The position numbers and the translations under genes were made by a program. Below the pieces are notes generated by a model, which worked only from the letters and a program-made list of their open reading frames with translations, was not told where the DNA came from and ran no database searches. 64,000 bases of DNA from Polyangiales bacterium (GTDB lineage Bacteria; Myxococcota_A; Polyangia; Polyangiales; Polyangiaceae), in NCBI GenBank assembly GCA_038231275.1, contig JBBRLQ010000027.1, forward strand, positions 44,841 through 108,840. The letters run 5' to 3'. Every line of letters starts with the position of its first letter. The first letter of the stretch is position 1. Of the stretch, positions 58,796 through 64,000 are shown one piece after another.

Positions 58796-61689
58796 CGGCG
58801 ACGCCTTCGCGCCGTCACGAGCGCGAGCGCAAACGCCAGACCAAACGCCGACGCGGAGCCGCCATCGCGCCGATCCGCCGCGCGGCATCCGCACCCGCTC
58901 GATGCGCCGCCACCTGGCGATGCACCGACACCGCCGTCCGCGCCGCCAGCGCCGCCGCCTCCGATGCCCCCGTCGCCGCCTGCCCCGCCGTCACCGATCC
59001 CCGCGCCCAGCGGCTCGATCACGACCTTCGCGTTCACCGGCAGCGCCGTCGTGTCGATCGACAACACCTTCTTCTGCGCGTCCCACGTCGCGATCGCCGG
59101 CACGCCGTTCACTTGCATCGCGATCGCGACGGCGAGCCCGTGCAAATGCACGTGGTACGTGCGCGCGACCGGCGCGCCGACGTAGGTCCCGTCGTCTGCC
59201 GCAATTTCGAGGCGCGTCGCAGCGTCGCTGTACGTGATCTGCGTCAGAGCGCGTTGTCCACTCTGGTAGCCGTCGCTGAGACCGTCGTCCTCGAACTGCG
59301 TCGCGTGCCCGTCGGCGCCGGCGTACACGTCGAGCACACGCACGCTGCGATTCCATGCTTTCGTGCCGATGCCCGCGAGCGCGCCCATCACGATCCCGCC
59401 TGCCTTCGCGAAGATCGGCAAGCGTCCGATCTTCGTCGCGACCGCCAGCGTGGAGCCGCCCGCGTGCTTCGTGTCGTCCCAGTAGTCGTACCAATCGCCC
59501 GGCGGCAGCCACGCGTTCACGGTCCCGCCGCCGTCGCTCGCGTCGGGCGCGACGAGCAGCGCGTCGCCCCACATGTACTGTTGGTCGGCCTTCCACGCAT
59601 CGGGCAGCGCGCGGTAGTCGATCACCATCGCCCGCGCGATCGGCATGCCCGTCGTCGCCGCGCGCCACGCCGCCGAGTAGAGGTACGGCAAGAGCTGCAT
59701 GCGGAGCGCGCCGTACGTGCGCATGTCGTCCTGCGCGGCTTGCGAGAACTGCCACGGGAAGCGAAGGCCGATCCCGTGCGGCTTCCACATCGGCGAGAAG
59801 CTCCCCATCGCGACGCCCCACTGCCGGTACATCGCGTCGGAAGGCAACGTCTTGAATCCGCCCGCGTCGTGCGCCCAGAACGGGAACGCGGAGAGACCGG
59901 CCGCGAGCATGCCGCGGATCTGGAGCTTCATCTCCGCGTACGTGTCGTCGATGTCACCGCTCCACACGGTGCCCCACCGCTGCGCGCCCGCGGTCGCGCC
60001 GCGCATCATCACGTACGGCCGCTTCTTTCCCTGGAACGTCGCCTCCCACCCCTCCCCCACGGCCTGCAGCTCGAGGAAGAAGTAGTAGTTGCCGTCCTCC
60101 GCCCACGCGCGGCCGTCGGCGAGCGGGCCGGTGGGTGTGACGGGATCGTCGGGCTCGTCGAGCCACAAGAAATCGCCGGGGTACTTGAGCGCCGGATCGA
60201 ACGATTTGGTCGACAGCAGGTTCCAGAACCACTGGCGCACGAGCGGCGACGAAAAATCCGGATAGTCCGTCGTGCCCGGCATCAGGTACGAGGCCTTCCA
60301 CCCGTCGGAGAGCGTGTCGTCCGCGCGATTGAAATCCAGCTGATTCGTGATGCCAACGGATTGGCAGAAACTCTCGTATTCTGTCGGGTCGGGAAAACGC
60401 TGCGGGCTCCATTGCCACGGCGCGGTCTTCCCGTTTCGCCACGAGTTGTCGTGGATGACGAGATCGAACGGCCACGTACCGTCCTTCATTTTCTGGATCT
60501 TGTCCTTCCACCACGACTCGTCGCTGGGGAGCGAGTCGTCGAGCTTGTCGCTGAGGCCCAGGCCGAACGCGGCGAGCGGAGGCAGGCGCGGACGGCCAGT
60601 GAGCGCGGTGTAGCGATCGAGCACGTCGCCGATCTCGGGGCCGAGGAGGACGAAGTAGTCGACCTGCCCGCCGGCGAGCGAGAAGCCGTAGGACGTGTCG
60701 GTGAACGCGAACGAGTTGTCCCACGTGCTGTTGACGAAGACGCCGTAGCCGCGCGACGAGACGTAGAAGGGCGCGAGGATCGGCGCTTGGTACTCACGGT
60801 TGCGCGCGATCGTTTGGCCTCGGAGATCGAGCGACGCGACGCGCCCGAAGCCGCCGTAGCCGAGGCCGACGAAGTGCTCGTCCGGTTGCGGCGTGAAGAG
60901 CTGCTGCGCAGGGGCGCCGTTTGCGTAACGAATGTCGACCGGGAACGTGCCGGCGGCGCCGACGCTCACGGTGAACTCGACGTAGTCGTTCGCGTCGTTC
61001 TGAAAGTCGACGTAGCCGGTGCCGGTGTAGCCGGCGTTCTGGTTGCCGAACGTCGCGCCGGAGCGCGTGCCGCTCTCGGCCTCGTACGTGATGCCGCCGA
61101 TGGTGAGCGAGTCGACGTTGCCGCCGTTCGCGCCGGCGGCGGTGAGGCGGACCGCGTTGGGGCCGGCCTTGAGCGTGACCATCGCCGTCGACGTGCTCCA
61201 CGTCGTCCACGCGCCGCTGACCGGGAACGGCATCGCCGCGTTCACGATCGCGCCGTTGACCGTGAGTCGTAGCGGACGATCGCCCGTCAGTAGCCCGTAC
61301 GGCGCGCCCTCGCCGATGAGCGACGCGCCGTTCGCGCGGACGTCGACGCGCACCGGGGACTTTCCGACGACGACCTGCATCTTCGGGCCGGCAAAGGTGA
61401 CGCTGGTCGCGGCGTCGGTCGCGGTGAAGGCGCCGGGGCCGTCGTGGCGCAGGACCATCTGGTAGCGATCGTCGCGCGTGAACGGCGCGGCCGAGGAGGC
61501 CCCCTGGACCCGCACGACCGAGTCGCCGTAGGGCGTGAGGCGCAGGCGCTGGCCGTCGGTCGTCGTGACGACGAAGCCGCGCCCATCCGCCGCGTGGCTC
61601 GCATAGTCCCCGAGCGCGGGCGTCGCCGCCGAGGCCGTGCCGGCCGCGAAGAGCGACGGAATCAGGAAAAAAAGCGGGGCGCGGCGCAT
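58792..61689 (-). CDS. Glycoside hydrolase family 31 with inserted CBM35-like module and MYXO-CTERM anchor
   Basis: Y.ALTGRP.LPP..AFG, RFPDP, WLDE nucleophile region, WSGD, W.HD.GGF, LLPYLYS, QYMWGDALLVAP, LPPGDWYDYW; tail GCGC...TM-RRRRR. Confidence 0.9.
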   Translation of the reverse strand: MRRAPLFFLIPSLFAAGTASAATPALGDYASHAADGRGFVVTTTDGQRLRLTPYGDSVVRVQGASSAAPFTRDDRYQMVLRHDGPGAFTATDAATSVTFAGPKMQVVVGKSPVRVDVRANGASLIGEGAPYGLLTGDRPLRLTVNGAIVNAAMPFPVSGAWTTWSTSTAMVTLKAGPNAVRLTAAGANGGNVDSLTIGGITYEAESGTRSGATFGNQNAGYTGTGYVDFQNDANDYVEFTVSVGAAGTFPVDIRYANGAPAQQLFTPQPDEHFVGLGYGGFGRVASLDLRGQTIARNREYQAPILAPFYVSSRGYGVFVNSTWDNSFAFTDTSYGFSLAGGQVDYFVLLGPEIGDVLDRYTALTGRPRLPPLAAFGLGLSDKLDDSLPSDESWWKDKIQKMKDGTWPFDLVIHDNSWRNGKTAPWQWSPQRFPDPTEYESFCQSVGITNQLDFNRADDTLSDGWKASYLMPGTTDYPDFSSPLVRQWFWNLLSTKSFDPALKYPGDFLWLDEPDDPVTPTGPLADGRAWAEDGNYYFFLELQAVGEGWEATFQGKKRPYVMMRGATAGAQRWGTVWSGDIDDTYAEMKLQIRGMLAAGLSAFPFWAHDAGGFKTLPSDAMYRQWGVAMGSFSPMWKPHGIGLRFPWQFSQAAQDDMRTYGALRMQLLPYLYSAAWRAATTGMPIARAMVIDYRALPDAWKADQQYMWGDALLVAPDASDGGGTVNAWLPPGDWYDYWDDTKHAGGSTLAVATKIGRLPIFAKAGGIVMGALAGIGTKAWNRSVRVLDVYAGADGHATQFEDDGLSDGYQSGQRALTQITYSDAATRLEIAADDGTYVGAPVARTYHVHLHGLAVAIAMQVNGVPAIATWDAQKKVLSIDTTALPVNAKVVIEPLGAGIGDGGAGGDGGIGGGGAGGADGGVGASPGGGASSGCGCRAADRRDGGSASAFGLAFALALVTARRRRR

Positions 61690-61769
61690 TTCGAGACCGT
61701 CACTCATGAAAGAGTGTCGGACCCGCGGGTTCTGCCACATGCGCCGCAGCGGCGCCAGCCTCAGCGCCC

Positions 61770-61789
61770 GCGCTTCGCTCCACTCATCA
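61770..61789 (-). repeat. Second copy of REP-like motif TGATGAGTGGAGCGAAGCGC
   Basis: Identical 20-mer to 16592-16611; begins at the TGA stop of the upstream gene in both cases. Confidence 0.7.
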
Positions 61790-62962
61790 GTTGCAGAGAT
61801 CGCTGCCGCCGAAGTCGCCGGCGTAGCACCCGCTGGAGCAGAAGGCCGAGTCGCTGACCGTTCCGTAGGAGCACGTGTAGAGCGTTCCGGGATCGCCGTG
61901 GACGCCGTTCGAGCCGCAGTACGTGCCGTCCGACAGACCCGTGCAGTCCGCGCCGCCGCCGCCCGAGGTGTACGAGCAATAGTCGTCGGTGTTGCTCGAG
62001 CCGACCGTGCAGCCGTTGGCGCACGGCTGCGAGCCGGTGAGGCTTCCGCCCTTGCAGGTGTAGAGCGTGTTCGGATCGCCGTTCACGCCGTCGGAGCCGC
62101 AGTACTTGTAGTCGGGCAGGCCCGAGCAGCTCACGCCGCCACCACCACCGCCGCTCGAGGTCTCGCAGTAGTCGTTGATCGCGGGGTCGGGGTTCGTCAC
62201 GCAGCCGTTGGCGCACACCTGTGAGCTGGCGACCGCGTCGTTCTCGCAGTCGTAGAGCGTGTTCGCGTTGCCACCGACGCCGTCGCCGCCGCAGAAGAGG
62301 CCGCTGTGTCCGGAGCAGTTCGCGCCGCTCGTTCCGCCGCCGCCGCCGCTACCGTTGCAGGAGTCGTCGACGCCGGGGTTCGTCTTGCAGCCGTTCGGGC
62401 ACTGCCGGACGATCGAGATGCTGGAGCCGCTGCACTGGTAGAGCGTGTTGGGATCGCCGTTGGGGCCGTCGTTGCCGCAGTAGAGCGCGCCCGACGTGAG
62501 GCCGGCGCAGCTGGGTCCGTGGTTCGGCGGCGGGTTGGTGATGCCGGCGCAGTTGAAGGTGACCATCGCACCGCCGCAGATGAGCTCGTTCTTCTTGCCG
62601 GTGGCGAGGAGGCAGCCGACCTGCTCGAGGCTGTTGGTGAGCTTGCTGCAGCACGCGCTCAGCGCGAGGCACGTCGGGCCGGGGCCGGTGTTCTCGGGCC
62701 CGCCTGCGTCCTTGTTCCCCTTCGCGGGCGGCGGCGGCGCGGCGTCGGGGCTCGCGGCGTCGGCGACTTGCTTCGCGCCACCGTCGGCGGGCGGAGTGCT
62801 CGGCGGCTTTGACGGCGGCGTGCCGGTGCCGGAGTCGAGCTTGCCGGTGCTCGGCGCCTCCTGTCCCTTCAAATCATCCGAGCCGCTCGACGCGCCTCCC
62901 GCGCAGTGAACGAGGGCGAAGGCGGAAGCGACCGTGGCGAGGGCGAGGATAACGTTGCGCAT
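61787..62962 (-). CDS. Secreted lipoprotein with four tandem 6-Cys repeats
   Basis: LVHC lipobox-like; 4x C..G...YCG.DG..GDPNTLY.C......C..GC......D.C joined by poly-Gly. Confidence 0.8.
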   Translation of the reverse strand: MRNVILALATVASAFALVHCAGGASSGSDDLKGQEAPSTGKLDSGTGTPPSKPPSTPPADGGAKQVADAASPDAAPPPPAKGNKDAGGPENTGPGPTCLALSACCSKLTNSLEQVGCLLATGKKNELICGGAMVTFNCAGITNPPPNHGPSCAGLTSGALYCGNDGPNGDPNTLYQCSGSSISIVRQCPNGCKTNPGVDDSCNGSGGGGGTSGANCSGHSGLFCGGDGVGGNANTLYDCENDAVASSQVCANGCVTNPDPAINDYCETSSGGGGGGVSCSGLPDYKYCGSDGVNGDPNTLYTCKGGSLTGSQPCANGCTVGSSNTDDYCSYTSGGGGADCTGLSDGTYCGSNGVHGDPGTLYTCSYGTVSDSAFCSSGCYAGDFGGSDLCN

Positions 62963-62977
62963 GATGCCCAACCATGG

Positions 62978-62993
62978 TGCAAATGTACGACCA
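62978..62993 (-). promoter_or_regulatory. Candidate sigma54 promoter
   Basis: Minus strand TGGTCGTACATTTGCA, GG-N10-GC spacing, upstream of ATG 62962. Confidence 0.3.
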
Positions 62994-63184
62994 TGTGGGT
63001 ATGAGTGGGCGGTACTGTCGCAGGTATTCGACTCTGCTTGAAATTTTCCAGACCGCTCCGCCGCGCGGGCGGGACGGTGGTCTCCAACGGAGACGCTTCG
63101 TGGACTTCGTGATCCACCAGGGCGACGCGAGCGGCGGTCTAGGTCGCTGCTGCGTTTGCCCGTTCCGTTCAAACCACGTCCGCT

Positions 63185-63772
63185 CTACTCGGCGGTGACC
63201 ACGCTCTTGCCGCCGAGCCAAAGAGGCAACCCCACGGCGAGAAAGACCGCGCCGGTGATCAAGATCGTGAGGCCGAAGCCGCGCACCGTCGCCTCGGCGT
63301 CGGTGCTCGTGATGTTCTTCGCGTAGAGCGACGAGACGCCGCCGACGACGGTGAAGATCGCGCCGAACGTCGTCAGCCCGATTCCGGCGTCGTGGAGGAA
63401 CGCCGAGCGCGTATGGACGTGGAGCGACACGGCCCCCTTCCCGGAGGGCAGCGTGAAGGTCGACGAGGCGGCGACGCCGTCACCGGTCGCGCGGTAGGTC
63501 GAGTTGGGGTCGAGCTTCACGCGGCACGGCGCGACGCACGACGGCTCCCACTGCTGCGTCGCGGAATAGACGGGGATGCCGAGGGTCGTCTGCCAGCCCT
63601 CGACCGTATTGGCGCGGCGCTCGATCGTCGCGCCGGGGCCGTCGGCGTCGACGCTCACGTCGATGCGCTTCTCGGCGGCGTCCGGCGGATTCGCGGGGGG
63701 CGCATCGTCGGCGCGCGCGACACCGGCAATGCCTGAGAGCGCGACCGCGAGGAAAATGACCCGAAGGCTCAA
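63185..63772 (-). CDS. Hypothetical secreted/membrane protein
   Basis: Signal ..ARA|DD; CVAPC motif; two C-terminal TMs; TTG start inferred (the ORF-track extension runs through the tandem repeat). Confidence 0.65.
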   Translation of the reverse strand: MSLRVIFLAVALSGIAGVARADDAPPANPPDAAEKRIDVSVDADGPGATIERRANTVEGWQTTLGIPVYSATQQWEPSCVAPCRVKLDPNSTYRATGDGVAASSTFTLPSGKGAVSLHVHTRSAFLHDAGIGLTTFGAIFTVVGGVSSLYAKNITSTDAEATVRGFGLTILITGAVFLAVGLPLWLGGKSVVTAE

Positions 63773-63795
63773 GGCCCGACCGGAAAAGCCGGTCA

Positions 63796-64000
63796 GGCCT
63801 TTCCCCCAGGAGCGTTTCGCTCCGCTGCGCTTCGCTCCACACAAGGCCTCACCGGCCTTTCCCCCAGGAGCATTTCCCTCCGCTGCGCTTCGCTCCACAC
63901 AAGGCCTCACCGGCCTTTCCCCCAGGAGCATTTCGCTCCGCTGCGCTTCGCTCCACACAAGGCCTCACCGGCCTTTCCCCCAGGAGCGTTTCGCTCCGCT
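63796..64000. repeat. 58-bp tandem repeat, at least 3.5 copies, truncated by window end
   Basis: Unit GGCCTTTCCCCCAGGAGCGTTTCGCTCCGCTGCGCTTCGCTCCACACAAGGCCTCACC starting at 63796, 63854, 63912, 63970; 1-2 substitutions between copies. Confidence 0.95.

Noticed and set aside
58165..61272. Long antisense ORFs (e.g. 58165-61272, 23734-26079, 10229-12352, 49433-52084, 49-1356)
   Set aside because: Shadow ORFs typical of very high-GC DNA; R/A/G-rich, no motifs, and opposite well-supported genes.
63796..64000. CRISPR array
   Set aside because: Units are contiguous and near-identical with no unique spacers; no cas genes in the window.

Overview
Very GC-rich window from a myxobacterium (Myxococcota, probably Polyangiales/Sorangiineae-like). 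The assignment is inferred from a MYXO-CTERM tail, an MXAN_5187-type protein, Ser/Thr kinase + PEGA-type gene pairs and a DUF1552/DUF1592 pair. About 52 genes are supported. Housekeeping and signalling genes: acyl-CoA ligase, OmpA, lexA, trxB, FadL-like barrel, folB, ruvB, a DTW protein and two-component/kinase genes. Accessory genes: a complete ebo gene set split into two convergent halves (eboD-E-C at 29-32 kb, eboA-B-F at 46-49 kb), an IorAB-type molybdoenzyme cassette, a GMC oxidase operon, an M64 peptidase and a GH31. Most notable observations: (1) a stand-alone, miniaturised LanM-type dehydratase domain (DUF4135-like) with the catalytic motifs intact but no cyclase and no visible precursor, coupled to a DTW gene; (2) a circularly permuted CBM35-like module inserted into the GH31; (3) a frameshifted PQQ sugar dehydrogenase + two CxxCH + CBM20-like fusion; (4) a REP-like motif present both at two stop codons and as a 58-bp tandem array; (5) a lexA promoter whose -10 box is flanked by TGTTCAG direct repeats. 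No rRNA, tRNA, CRISPR or transposase was recognised. All family calls come from motif recognition by eye, not database searches.
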